From an uncultured Christensenellaceae bacterium (GTDB lineage Bacteria > Bacillota > Clostridia > Christensenellales > Borkfalkiaceae): a stretch of DNA of 64,000 bases. The stretch's first letter is position 1. Every line of letters starts with the position of its first letter. This document shows positions 36,674 through 47,115 of this stretch, piece after piece. Position numbers and translations under genes: made by a program. Location: the NCBI GenBank assembly GCA_910587365.1, contig CAJUKJ010000007.1, forward strand, positions 6,133 through 70,132, written 5' to 3'. The notes beneath the pieces are model-generated. The model ran no database searches and was not told the DNA's origin. It saw only the letters and a list, made by a program, of their open reading frames with translations.

Positions 36674-37719
36674 GCGTTATTATGTCATTATACAATACTC
36701 CAGCTGATTGGTTAAAAGCGGCTATGGATAGTATAATTCATCAGACTTATCAAGATTTTGAGTTTATAATATTTACAGATAAACCAACAGACGGATCGGA
36801 TAAAATTGTACATGAATATGCTAAAAAGGATCAAAGAATCAAGTTGATTGATAACAAAGTGAATGCCGGTTTAACAGTCAACTTATTCAATGCAGTGTTA
36901 ATGTCGAGGGGAAAATATATAGCAAGAATGGATAGCGACGATATAGCTTGCCTAGATAGATTTGCTAAACAAGTAAAGTATTTGGATATGCATTCTGATG
37001 TTGCCGTTGTTGGGTCAATGGTTAACGTGTTTTCGGATGCGGGATATTCTATAGGAATGGATAATTTGGGAAGTAATTCTGAGATAACAAAAATTAGAAT
37101 GCTTTTTGCTAATTCAGGTGTTGCTCATTCTAGTGCAATGATTAGAAAGGAATTTTTGATTACTAAAGGTATCAATTATAATATAAACTTTAAGAAATCT
37201 CAGGACTATGCCCTTTGGGTCGATGTGTTAAATAACGGCGGTAAGATTGCTGTTATTCCTGAAATACTTCTTGATTATCGAGTCCATGATAATCAAATAA
37301 GCAAGAAAAATAATTCGGAACAAAATGATTGCGCAAAGGAAATAATAAGGACACAGTTAATTAAGTTATTACCTGGTTTAACGAGCAATGAATTTAATGT
37401 ACATTTGGCTATTACTAATTTTACTACACATATAAAGAAAAAAGAATATGTTTCTTATATCAAAAAATTAATTAGAACTAACAATAAAGTAGGTTTATAT
37501 GAAAGGAAAGCTTTTAAAAAAGAAATATTTGCTTTATGGCAAAAAAACATTATTAAAGCGTGTAAATCGGGATATTTAAATTTTCTGTTTGGTATTTTAG
37601 CACTTAGAACTTTTAGTCCTAGTATAATAAGTTATAATATAGGCAAAGTTAAGAAGAGAATACGCAGTTCAAATATTTTGAAAAAATATTTGAGACAAAA
37701 GAAGAATTTGTATGAGTAA
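36658..37719 (+). CDS. Glycosyltransferase family 2
   Basis: VSVIMSLYNTP...IHQTYQDFEFIIFTD...ARMDSDD motifs. Confidence 0.85.
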   Translation: MQTCVSVIMSLYNTPADWLKAAMDSIIHQTYQDFEFIIFTDKPTDGSDKIVHEYAKKDQRIKLIDNKVNAGLTVNLFNAVLMSRGKYIARMDSDDIACLDRFAKQVKYLDMHSDVAVVGSMVNVFSDAGYSIGMDNLGSNSEITKIRMLFANSGVAHSSAMIRKEFLITKGINYNINFKKSQDYALWVDVLNNGGKIAVIPEILLDYRVHDNQISKKNNSEQNDCAKEIIRTQLIKLLPGLTSNEFNVHLAITNFTTHIKKKEYVSYIKKLIRTNNKVGLYERKAFKKEIFALWQKNIIKACKSGYLNFLFGILALRTFSPSIISYNIGKVKKRIRSSNILKKYLRQKKNLYE

Positions 37720-39268
37720 AAGTCAAAGTAAAATATTTTCATCTTTTATATGGAAATTTTTAGAGCAAGTGGCTACACAATTTACTGGCATAGTCTTTCA
37801 AATTTTACTTGCTAGGTTGTTAGATCCAAAAGATTTCGGCAATTTAGCAATTCTAATAACCTTTACAAATTTTGCCCTTATATTTATTCAGTCAGGCATA
37901 ACTGTTGCGTTAATACAAAAAAAAGAGTTGGAAGAGTATGATATCTGTTCGGTATTTCTTATTTGCTTGCTAATAGCTGCAGTATTGTATGTCGTCTTGT
38001 TTTTCTCTGCGCCTTTAATTGCTGGTTTTTATGAAGAACCTAATTTAGTAGGACCATTAAGGATTTTGTCAATTGTTCTTTTTATAGGGGCAATCAATTC
38101 AATCCAAATTGCCATATTAACTCGTGCGTTTAAATTTAAAATTATGTTTTTTTGTAATTTTATTTCCGCAATGTTATCTGGAACTATTGGTATTGTTTTA
38201 GCAATAAAAGGATATGGTATTTGGGCGTTAGTCTATCATACGCTTTTAAATAGAGCTATAGTAACAATAGTAATGGCATTCTTTGTAAGAGTTAAAATAA
38301 AAATTGGAATCTCCAGAAATAGTATTAAAAATATTTTCTCTTTTAGTATTAAGATTCTAGCGGCAAATTTGGTCTCTGGGACTTATGACTCATTTAGGAC
38401 TTTGATCATTGGCAAAAACTATTCAAAAGAGAAACTTGCTTATTACGATAAAGCATATACGTATTCTTCTTATATCTCTCAGCTATCTTCCAATTGTATA
38501 TCTGGTGTTTTGTTGCCTGTCTTTTCCGAAAAGCAAGATAATATTAACCAGTTAAAAGGAATGGTAAGGAAATCCGTTAGGTTAACATCCTTTTTAATGT
38601 TTCCCGTATTTATTGGCGTAGCGGTAATTGCGTATCCTTTTGTGATGGTATTGCTGACTGAAAAGTGGATCGACTGTGTTCCATTTCTAATAATCTTTTG
38701 TTTGTTACGTTTACCAGGATGTATAACACAGATTGATAAACAAATTCTTTATTCATTAAAAAAAGGTAGCGTGTGTCTAATTTATGAGATAATCATTTTG
38801 CTTTTAAATTTAGGTGCGGTATTTGCTTTTATTAATTTTGGTATAATTTATATCGCTCTTGCTGCTCTTGCGGTTGAATATATTGGTTTTATAGCATATT
38901 CCATAATTAGTTTTAAAATATACGGATATTCTTTAAGAGAAAGGATAATGGATATGGCAAGACCTTTAATAAGTACTTTAATAATGGTTGCAATAATATA
39001 TCCTATTAGCTTGATTCCAATGGATATTATCTGGATTTTGACGTTGCAAATTGTTTTTGGTATTGCATTTTATATTTTATTGACATATCTAATTGATAGG
39101 GAAGATTTTAATTACTTTCTTGAGAAAATTGCCAATATTTTTAAAAAGGCAAGCTCAAAAGCTAAATCGGAAAAAGAAGTCCATAATTGTCAAAATTTGA
39201 ACGAATCACAAGATAACGTAGATGAAAAGAAAGAAGATATTGTAGGAAATCGTGAAGATGATGAATAA
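37712..39268 (+). CDS. Polysaccharide flippase (Wzx, MOP superfamily)
   Basis: 518 aa with about 14 TM helices and a typical N-terminus (FIWKFLEQVATQFTGIVFQILLARLL). Confidence 0.8.
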   Translation: MSKSQSKIFSSFIWKFLEQVATQFTGIVFQILLARLLDPKDFGNLAILITFTNFALIFIQSGITVALIQKKELEEYDICSVFLICLLIAAVLYVVLFFSAPLIAGFYEEPNLVGPLRILSIVLFIGAINSIQIAILTRAFKFKIMFFCNFISAMLSGTIGIVLAIKGYGIWALVYHTLLNRAIVTIVMAFFVRVKIKIGISRNSIKNIFSFSIKILAANLVSGTYDSFRTLIIGKNYSKEKLAYYDKAYTYSSYISQLSSNCISGVLLPVFSEKQDNINQLKGMVRKSVRLTSFLMFPVFIGVAVIAYPFVMVLLTEKWIDCVPFLIIFCLLRLPGCITQIDKQILYSLKKGSVCLIYEIIILLLNLGAVFAFINFGIIYIALAALAVEYIGFIAYSIISFKIYGYSLRERIMDMARPLISTLIMVAIIYPISLIPMDIIWILTLQIVFGIAFYILLTYLIDREDFNYFLEKIANIFKKASSKAKSEKEVHNCQNLNESQDNVDEKKEDIVGNREDDE

Positions 39269-40304
39269 TGGAAACATTAAATTACCGCAATTTAATTTTA
39301 AATATAATTATGTATTTTTTAATTATTATGATAATCCTAACAAGATTATGGAGGATGGGTATTACAATATTTGTTTGCGGGATTTAAAATGTTTAAAAAA
39401 TGTACAATTAGTTTCGTTTCCCCTTGATAAAAGAAATAGATTTGAAAGATTTCTTTATCGAATTAATCATTCTTATAAATTGAATAAAGTAGTAAATCTT
39501 CCTTTTAAAAAGGCTTGGTATCATCTTTATTTTGATGAAAAATATTTTAAAGAAAAGAAACCATATTGCTTTGTTGCAATTGGTCCGTATATTACCATCG
39601 ACTATATAGTGTATTTGAAAAAGAAATATCCGGATGCTAAGTTTGTAAAAGTTCATAGGGATTTAGTGGAGGTGTATCAGAGAGGAAGTCCAGAATGGAC
39701 TGATGACAAGTTGAGACAGTACTTTGATTTATGGATGTCTTATGATAAGAATGAGGCTTTAAAGAAGGGAATGATTCATTTTAATGAATTTGAATCCAAA
39801 ATTGATATAAAAAAAACTGAATGGAATCAGTCGGATTTGTTTTTTGCTGGCGTGGCTAAAAATAGGTTGGATATTATAATGTCTGTTTATGAGCGATTTA
39901 TGTCATTAGGCAAAAAATGTGACTTTTATTTAGTAGGTGTCGATGAAAGTCGGAGAATTGACAGACCAGGTTTAATATATGCAGACAAGTTTCTACCATA
40001 CAGAGAAGTTCTTTTAAGATCAATTAACTCTAATTGTATTCTAGAAGTTAATCAACAGGGAGCAATAGGATATACTGCTAGATTTTTAGAAGCAGTTATT
40101 TATAACAAAAAATTAATAACCAACAACTTTGATGTAAAAAAGTCGAAATTTTATAATCCGCAGTATATAAAATGTTTCAAAAATGCAAATGAAATTGACT
40201 CCAACTTTATTTTAGATAATAAATCAATAGATTATCGCTATAATGGAGAATTTTCTCCAATCAACTTATTGTTACAAATTGAAGATGAACTTAATAAATT
40301 ATAA
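39252..40304 (+). CDS. Uncharacterized polysaccharide-locus protein (possible glycosyltransferase-like)
   Basis: A long ORF with no recognisable motif. Its C-terminal half has a GT-B-like layout (DLFFAGVAKNRLD...). The start is ambiguous (GTG 39252, ATG 39258 or ATG 39261). Confidence 0.5.
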   Translation: MKMMNNGNIKLPQFNFKYNYVFFNYYDNPNKIMEDGYYNICLRDLKCLKNVQLVSFPLDKRNRFERFLYRINHSYKLNKVVNLPFKKAWYHLYFDEKYFKEKKPYCFVAIGPYITIDYIVYLKKKYPDAKFVKVHRDLVEVYQRGSPEWTDDKLRQYFDLWMSYDKNEALKKGMIHFNEFESKIDIKKTEWNQSDLFFAGVAKNRLDIIMSVYERFMSLGKKCDFYLVGVDESRRIDRPGLIYADKFLPYREVLLRSINSNCILEVNQQGAIGYTARFLEAVIYNKKLITNNFDVKKSKFYNPQYIKCFKNANEIDSNFILDNKSIDYRYNGEFSPINLLLQIEDELNKL

Positions 40305-40331
40305 TTTTACGATTTTTTTGAGAGGTATCAT

Positions 40332-41462
40332 ATGATTCAAGTATTTCAACCTACTTTGGGAAAGGAAGAGCTTAAAAGTTTAGAAACGGTTTTTAATTCA
40401 AATTGGATAGGAAAAGGTAAACTAGTTGATAAATTTGAAGGCTTATTTGCAGAGCATTTAGGCAGTACGCCTAATCATGTTTTGACTACAAATTGTTGTA
40501 GTGAAGGTCTGTTTTCTTCAATGCCTTTATGCAATATAAGTAAAGACGATGAAGTTATTTTACCTACAATTAGTTTTATCGGGGCAGGTAATGCTGTTTG
40601 TGCGAACGGTTCCAAAATGGTGCTTTGTGATGTCGATAAAAGAACATTGAACGCAAGACCTGAAGATATTGAGAAGGTTATAACCAAAAAAACTAAAGCA
40701 ATTTTGCTTTTACACTATGGGGGTATACCCTGCGATATGGATTCAATAATGAGTCTGGCTAAGACATATAACTTGAAAGTAATTGAAGACTGTGCTGCGG
40801 GTGTCTGTTCAACATATAATGGAAAAGCTTTAGGAACTTTTGGTGATATTGGTATGTGGTCGTTTGATGCTATGAAGATTCTTGTATGTGGCGACGGAGC
40901 TTGTTTACATTTTAGAGATCCTGAATTGAGGGAAAAAGCAGAAAAGCTACTTTATTTTGGTTTGCAAACAAAAAGCGGTTATCAAAATAGCGTGGCGCAA
41001 AAGTGGTGGGAATTTGATATTTCTTGTTTTGGACATAGAGCGATAATGAATGATTTGACAGCGGCTATTGCTATTGAGCAATATAAGAAATTGCCGACCT
41101 ATATGCAAAAGAGAGCAGCCGTACACAAATTTTATGATAGTAATTTAAATAATATAGAATGGCTTGATTTGCCTTTGCCAATTCCTGAAGGATGTGAAAC
41201 TTCATATTATTTTTATCATATACAAATAAAAAATGGTAAAAGGGATTTGTTGGCAAAATATTTACGAGAAAAAGATATTTATACGACATATAGATATTTT
41301 CCGTTGCATAGAGTTCCTGGGTATAAAGTTGGGGGAGTGTACCCTAATGCGGATTATGCTGCCGATAATACTTTATGTCTTCCTATGCACCAGAGCTTGT
41401 CGGTAAATGATTTGGAATATATTGTAGACACAATTCAAGAATTCGACAAGAAATATTGTTAA
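40332..41462 (+). CDS. DegT/DnrJ/EryC1-family sugar aminotransferase (WecE-like)
   Basis: WSFDAMKIL PLP-lysine region and typical length. It is adjacent to the rml genes. Confidence 0.85.
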   Translation: MIQVFQPTLGKEELKSLETVFNSNWIGKGKLVDKFEGLFAEHLGSTPNHVLTTNCCSEGLFSSMPLCNISKDDEVILPTISFIGAGNAVCANGSKMVLCDVDKRTLNARPEDIEKVITKKTKAILLLHYGGIPCDMDSIMSLAKTYNLKVIEDCAAGVCSTYNGKALGTFGDIGMWSFDAMKILVCGDGACLHFRDPELREKAEKLLYFGLQTKSGYQNSVAQKWWEFDISCFGHRAIMNDLTAAIAIEQYKKLPTYMQKRAAVHKFYDSNLNNIEWLDLPLPIPEGCETSYYFYHIQIKNGKRDLLAKYLREKDIYTTYRYFPLHRVPGYKVGGVYPNADYAADNTLCLPMHQSLSVNDLEYIVDTIQEFDKKYC

Positions 41463-41475
41463 TATTGAGATTTAT

Positions 41476-42357
41476 ATGAAAGGAATTATTTTGGCGGGTG
41501 GTAGCGGAACAAGACTTTATCCGTTGACGAAAATCACAAGTAAACAACTTTTGCCTATATATGATAAACCGATGATTTACTATCCATTATCTACACTAAT
41601 GCTTGCAGGGATAAGGGACATTTTAATTATATCAACGCCTTCCGATTTGCCTAACTTTGAGCGGTTGCTTGGTGACGGAAGTGATTACGGTATAAAGCTT
41701 AATTATAAAATTCAATCACGTCCGGAAGGGCTTGCGCAGGCTTTTATTATAGCTGAAGATTTTATTGGAAGTCAGCCGTGCGCAATGGTTTTAGGTGATA
41801 ATATTTTTTATGGCGGTGGGCTTGGAGATAGACTGAAAGAGGCTGCTGAGAATGCTGAAAATGGGTTAGCAACTGTATTTGGCTACTATGTTAACGATCC
41901 TAAGCGATTTGGTATAATGGAACTTAGTGACAACGGAAAAATTTTATCGGTTGAAGAAAAACCAAATGAGCCTAAATCAAACTATGCTATTACGGGTTTA
42001 TATTTTTATCCGGGGGGCGTAAGCAAGAAGGCTCATAGTGTAAAAAAATCTAAACGTGGCGAATATGAAATAACAACTCTTAATGATATATATTTGAAAA
42101 AATCATTATTGCATGGCATAATTTTAGGACGTGGCTTTGCTTGGCTTGATACAGGCACAATGGATAGTTTAATTGAGGCTTCGGAATTTGTGCAAATGCT
42201 TGAAAAAAGGCAGGGTGTAAAGATCTCTGCAATTGAAGAGATTGCTTACCGTAAGGGTTGGATATCTAAGGAAAAACTTTTGGAAGCTGCAGAAAAATAT
42301 GGGAAATCACCTTATGGAGAGCATCTGAAAAATGTTTCTGAAGGCAAAATAATATGA
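41476..42357 (+). CDS. rfbA: Glucose-1-phosphate thymidylyltransferase
   Basis: MKGIILAGGSGTRLYPLT...SKQLLPIYDKPMIYYPLS. Confidence 0.95.
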   Translation: MKGIILAGGSGTRLYPLTKITSKQLLPIYDKPMIYYPLSTLMLAGIRDILIISTPSDLPNFERLLGDGSDYGIKLNYKIQSRPEGLAQAFIIAEDFIGSQPCAMVLGDNIFYGGGLGDRLKEAAENAENGLATVFGYYVNDPKRFGIMELSDNGKILSVEEKPNEPKSNYAITGLYFYPGGVSKKAHSVKKSKRGEYEITTLNDIYLKKSLLHGIILGRGFAWLDTGTMDSLIEASEFVQMLEKRQGVKISAIEEIAYRKGWISKEKLLEAAEKYGKSPYGEHLKNVSEGKII

Positions 42358-42911
42358 ATAATTTTGACTTTATTAAGACTGCTATAGATGGTGTGATTAT
42401 AATCGAATCTAAAGTATTTGGTGACGAACGAGGCTATTTTACCGAGACTTATAATCAGGAAGAGTTTAGAGCTAATGCTTTAAACTATGTTTTCGTGCAG
42501 GATAATCAATCCAGAAGCAAAAAGGGTGTATTACGCGGATTACATTTTCAAAAGACTTATCCGCAGGCGAAGCTTGTGCGCGTATTAGAGGGTGAAGTTT
42601 TTGATGTGGCTGTGGACTTGCGAAAAGGAAGTGCTACTTATGGGAAATGGGTAGGTGTTGTGCTTTCAGGAGGGAATAAAAAACAGTTAATGATTCCGCG
42701 CGGGTTTGCTCATGGTTTTTTGGTGTTGTCCGATACGGCGACATTTTGCTATAAATGCGACGAATTTTATCACCCTGAAGACGAAGGGGGTATCATTTGG
42801 AACGATCCCGATATTGCAATTGACTGGGGTAATCTTTCTGATGTTCTTCTCAGTGAAAAAGATAAAAAACACCCAATGTTAAAAGAAAGTGGGGTTGTAT
42901 TTGATTTATGA
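42354..42911 (+). CDS. rfbC: dTDP-4-dehydrorhamnose 3,5-epimerase
   Basis: FGDERGYF...GVLRGLHFQ...AKLVRV..GEVFDVAVDLR...PRGFAHGF. Confidence 0.9.
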   Translation: MNNFDFIKTAIDGVIIIESKVFGDERGYFTETYNQEEFRANALNYVFVQDNQSRSKKGVLRGLHFQKTYPQAKLVRVLEGEVFDVAVDLRKGSATYGKWVGVVLSGGNKKQLMIPRGFAHGFLVLSDTATFCYKCDEFYHPEDEGGIIWNDPDIAIDWGNLSDVLLSEKDKKHPMLKESGVVFDL

Positions 42912-43939
42912 AACAAATTATTATAGTGACTGGTGGTGCCGGGTTTATTGGTAGCAACTTTATCTTTTATATGATTAAAAAACATCCCGAGTATAGGATT
43001 GTTTGTCTGGACAAGCTGACCTATGCGGGCAATCTTTCTACGCTCAAAGAAGTGATGGACAACCCTAACTTCTGCTTCGTTAAGGCTGATATATGCGACA
43101 GGGAAGCGGTGTTTAAGCTTTTTGAAGAGGAAAAGCCCGACTTGGTTGTCAACTTCGCTGCGGAAAGCCACGTTGACAGGAGCATTGAAGACCCTGGCAT
43201 TTTCCTTCAAACCAACATTATAGGCACGGCAACGCTTATGGACGCTTGCCGCAAGTACGGCATCAAGCGTTATCATCAGGTTTCCACCGACGAGGTTTAC
43301 GGCGATTTACCTCTTGACAGGCCCGATTTGTTTTTCACGGAAGCCACGCCTATTCATACGAGCAGTCCTTATTCTTCGAGCAAGGCTTCGGCGGATTTGC
43401 TCGTGTTGGCATATTATAGGACGTACGGCTTGCCCGTTTCGATTAGCCGCTGCTCTAATAACTACGGACCTTATCATTTCCCTGAAAAACTCATTCCGCT
43501 TATGATAGCCAACGCGTTGAACGATAAGGAGTTGCCGATATACGGCAATGGTGCAAACGTGCGTGACTGGCTGTATGTCGAGGATCACTGCAAGGCGATT
43601 GATCTTATTATCCATAAGGGCAGATTGGGGGAAGTGTATAACGTCGGCGGTCATAATGAGATGGCGAATATCGATATTGTCAAGCTCATTTGTAAAGAGC
43701 TTGGTAAGCAACCCGAAAGCCTTATTAAATACGTTGCGGACAGAAAGGGACACGATATGCGTTATGCAATTGACCCGACAAAAATTCACAATGAATTGGG
43801 TTGGCTGCCTGAAACTAAGTTTGTGGACGGCATAAAAAAGACGATAAAATGGTATCTTGAAAACCGCAGCTGGTGGGAAGAAATCATTTCCGGAGAGTAC
43901 CAAAATTATTATCAAAAAATTTATGGGGATAGAAAATAA
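42908..43939 (+). CDS. rfbB: dTDP-glucose 4,6-dehydratase
   Basis: VTGGAGFIGSNF, HQVSTDEVYG and YSSSKASADLLV motifs. Confidence 0.95.
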   Translation: MKQIIIVTGGAGFIGSNFIFYMIKKHPEYRIVCLDKLTYAGNLSTLKEVMDNPNFCFVKADICDREAVFKLFEEEKPDLVVNFAAESHVDRSIEDPGIFLQTNIIGTATLMDACRKYGIKRYHQVSTDEVYGDLPLDRPDLFFTEATPIHTSSPYSSSKASADLLVLAYYRTYGLPVSISRCSNNYGPYHFPEKLIPLMIANALNDKELPIYGNGANVRDWLYVEDHCKAIDLIIHKGRLGEVYNVGGHNEMANIDIVKLICKELGKQPESLIKYVADRKGHDMRYAIDPTKIHNELGWLPETKFVDGIKKTIKWYLENRSWWEEIISGEYQNYYQKIYGDRK

Positions 43940-43948
43940 AAAATAAAT

Positions 43949-45037
43949 ATGTTTCAGTCAAAAACAATTTTAGTTACGGGTGCTGCAGGATTTATTGGTG
44001 CTAACTTGATTTTATCATTGTTTAAAAATTATCGTAATATTAATATTATAGGTGTTGATAACATTAATGACTATTATGATATATCGTTAAAAGAATATAG
44101 ACTTACTTTAATCGACGAACAAATAAGAAATGAAACTTCTAATTGTTGGACATTTGTAAAAGGCAATATTGCAGATAAGCAACTTATTGAGAATCTTTTT
44201 TCTAAATTTAATCCAGCATTTGTAGTAAATCTCGCTGCACAGGCAGGTGTTAGATACTCTATATCTAATCCAGATGCGTACATCGAGGCGAATCTTATAG
44301 GATTTTATAATATCTTAGAAGCTTGTCGTCATTCTTATGATAACGACAAAGGTGGGGTACAGCATCTTATCTATGCCTCATCTTCAAGCGTTTATGGTAG
44401 CAATGAAAAAGTACCGTATTCTACGGACGATAAAGTAGACAATCCTGTTTCTCTTTATGCGGCGACAAAAAAGAGCAATGAGTTAATGGCTCATGCTTAT
44501 TCAAAGTTATATAATATTCCTTCAACGGGATTGCGCTTTTTTACGGTATATGGTCCTGCGGGGAGACCCGATATGGCATATTTCGGCTTTACGAATAAGT
44601 TGCGTGAAGGAAAAACAATAGAAATATTCAATTACGGCAACTGTAAGCGCGATTTCACATATATCGACGATATCGTGGAGGGGGTTATACGTGTAATTCA
44701 GAAACCTCCCGAACGAATATTGGGTAAAGATGGTTTGCCTATTCCGCCGTATAAAGTTTATAACATTGGGAATAGTAACCCTGAAAACTTGTTGGAGTTT
44801 GTAGATGTTTTACAGCAAGAATTAATTCGTGCAAAGGTCTTACCTGAGGATTATGATTTTGAAAAACATAAAATACTTGTGCCTATGCAAGCGGGTGACG
44901 TGCCTATAACCTATGCCGATACTACACCTTTGGAAAAAGATTTCGGGTTTAGACCGAATACGCCGTTAAGAGAAGGGCTTAGCCGTTTTGCCGATTGGTA
45001 CTATGAGTTTTATTTAAAAGGGAAAGAGGTAAATTAA
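43949..45037 (+). CDS. NAD-dependent sugar epimerase (UDP-glucuronate 4-epimerase-like)
   Basis: VTGAAGFIGANL and YAATKKSNELMAH. It is paired with ugd immediately downstream. Confidence 0.8.
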   Translation: MFQSKTILVTGAAGFIGANLILSLFKNYRNINIIGVDNINDYYDISLKEYRLTLIDEQIRNETSNCWTFVKGNIADKQLIENLFSKFNPAFVVNLAAQAGVRYSISNPDAYIEANLIGFYNILEACRHSYDNDKGGVQHLIYASSSSVYGSNEKVPYSTDDKVDNPVSLYAATKKSNELMAHAYSKLYNIPSTGLRFFTVYGPAGRPDMAYFGFTNKLREGKTIEIFNYGNCKRDFTYIDDIVEGVIRVIQKPPERILGKDGLPIPPYKVYNIGNSNPENLLEFVDVLQQELIRAKVLPEDYDFEKHKILVPMQAGDVPITYADTTPLEKDFGFRPNTPLREGLSRFADWYYEFYLKGKEVN

Positions 45038-46270
45038 ATGAAAATTGCGGTAGCGGGAACAGGATACGTCGGTTTATCTTTGGCTGTATTGCTTGCGCAA
45101 AATAACGAGGTTATTGCCGTTGACGTAGTGCCTGAAAAAGTTGAACTTATTAATCAGAAAAAATCGCCTATTCAGGATGAATATATTGAAAAATATCTTA
45201 TAGAAAAAGAATTGAATTTGGTAGCTACGCTAGATGCTGAAAAGGCATATCAAAATGCGGAAATAGTTGTGATTGCCGCTCCCACTAATTATGACAGTCA
45301 GAAAAACTATTTTGATACTTCTGCTGTAGAAACTGTAATTGAGCTTGTTATCAAAAATAATCCTAACGCAATTATGGTAATAAAGTCTACGATACCTGTA
45401 GGATATACCGAAAGTATTAGAAAAAAAATGGGAAGCAAAAATATTATTTTCAGTCCTGAATTTTTGCGTGAGAGTAAAGCACTATACGATAATTTATATC
45501 CAAGCAGAATAATAGTCGGAACGGATTTAAGTGATACGAAATTGATTAATATTTCACAAACATTTATCGAGCTATTAAAGCAAGGTGCTATTAAGAAAGA
45601 TATAGAAACTCGAATAATGGGACTTACCGAAGCAGAAGCTGTAAAGCTGTTTGCAAATACTTATCTTGCGCTTCGTGTATCTTATTTTAATGAACTCGAC
45701 ACATATGCTGAGATGAAAGGACTTGATACTAAAGCAATTATTGACGGTGTATGCTTAGATCCGCGTATAGGAATGCATTATAATAATCCGTCTTTTGGCT
45801 ACGGTGGATATTGTTTACCCAAAGATACCAAACAACTTTTGGCAAATTATGCGGACGTTCCTGAAAATTTAATAGGAGCAATTGTTGAATCAAATCGAAC
45901 AAGAAAAGATTTTATCGCTGACAGAGTTTTGGAATTGGCGGGATATTACAGCAAAAACGGCGAGTATTCCGCAGAAAAGGAAAGGAAAGTGGTTATAGGC
46001 GTTTATCGTTTGACTATGAAAAGCAATTCAGACAATTTCAGACAAAGCTCGATTCAAGGGGTTATGAAGCGTATAAAGGCAAAAGGTGCTAAAGTTATTG
46101 TTTATGAACCTACATTAAGTGACGGCGATACTTTTTTTGGTAGTTTAATAGTTAATAATTTGCAAAAATTTAAAGATTTAAGCAATGCTATTATAGCGAA
46201 TAGATACGATAGTTGTTTAGCTGAAGTTAAGTTTAAAGTATATACAAGAGATATATATTTGCGAGATTAA
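45038..46270 (+). CDS. ugd: UDP-glucose 6-dehydrogenase
   Basis: [28 protein letters not shown] and [14 protein letters not shown]. Confidence 0.9.
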   Translation: MKIAVAGTGYVGLSLAVLLAQNNEVIAVDVVPEKVELINQKKSPIQDEYIEKYLIEKELNLVATLDAEKAYQNAEIVVIAAPTNYDSQKNYFDTSAVETVIELVIKNNPNAIMVIKSTIPVGYTESIRKKMGSKNIIFSPEFLRESKALYDNLYPSRIIVGTDLSDTKLINISQTFIELLKQGAIKKDIETRIMGLTEAEAVKLFANTYLALRVSYFNELDTYAEMKGLDTKAIIDGVCLDPRIGMHYNNPSFGYGGYCLPKDTKQLLANYADVPENLIGAIVESNRTRKDFIADRVLELAGYYSKNGEYSAEKERKVVIGVYRLTMKSNSDNFRQSSIQGVMKRIKAKGAKVIVYEPTLSDGDTFFGSLIVNNLQKFKDLSNAIIANRYDSCLAEVKFKVYTRDIYLRD

Positions 46271-46419
46271 TTTTAAAATATAAAAACTGATAATTGCCTA
46301 AAGTCTAGTGCTTTTGGCGATTTTAGTTATTGACAATGATAAGAAGTTGAAATAAAATTAAATGCCCCATCTGTTTGCGAGGAAAACAGATATATATTAA
46401 ATATTATTCAAAAGATAAA

Positions 46420-47079
46420 ATGTTATTTAACTCGCTTGAATTTTTGATATTTCTTCCAATAGTGTTTTAATCTAATAGATAATACCGTAAAAGTTTCGCT
46501 GGTTGCTTTTATTAGTTGCCAGCTACTTTTTCTATATGTATTGGAATTTGTGTTTCTAATTCATTTTACTTCTGTAGTATCTTATTAGGCGGAACTATTA
46601 TCAGAAAAATGCAAATATAGCCGAAAGATTAAAATTTCCGTATTGGTTATATCGGCAGTAGTTTGTCTGGGCGTTTTATTATTCTTTAAATATTTCAATT
46701 TCTTCTATAATATTGTTTGGCATATTATAGGATTAATCAGTAACAAAGAACATTCTGGTTATTTCAGCCTTTATCTTATGTCATTGACATTTATAAATCT
46801 AAAATCAATACCGAAAGACATTTTGGTTATTACGCATTATTTGTTTGTTTCTTCCCGCAATTGGTCGCAAGACCTATCGAACGTCAGCAGGACTTGATTC
46901 TTAAATTAAAGCAAAAGCATTATATAAAATAAATTGAATAGAGTGGTGCATTCCGCATAATGCTTACAGGTTTTTTCAAAAAAATTGCTGTTGCCGATAT
47001 TATAGGTATAGTAGTTAATACAATCTTTAACGATATAGGATTGCCTATTCCGCCGTATATAATTTATAACATTTTTTGA
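46420..47079 (+). pseudogene. Fragmented MBOAT (AlgI/DltB-like) O-acyltransferase gene
   Basis: MLFNSLEFLIFLPIVF then a stop. KFRWLLLLVASYFFYMYWN, FFKYFNFF, FFPQLVARPIER and FFKKIAVADIIG all appear, but in different frames. Confidence 0.75.
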
Positions 47080-47115
47080 ATTTCCAAATCGAGATGAAAG
47101 TGCTATAATTCCCTT

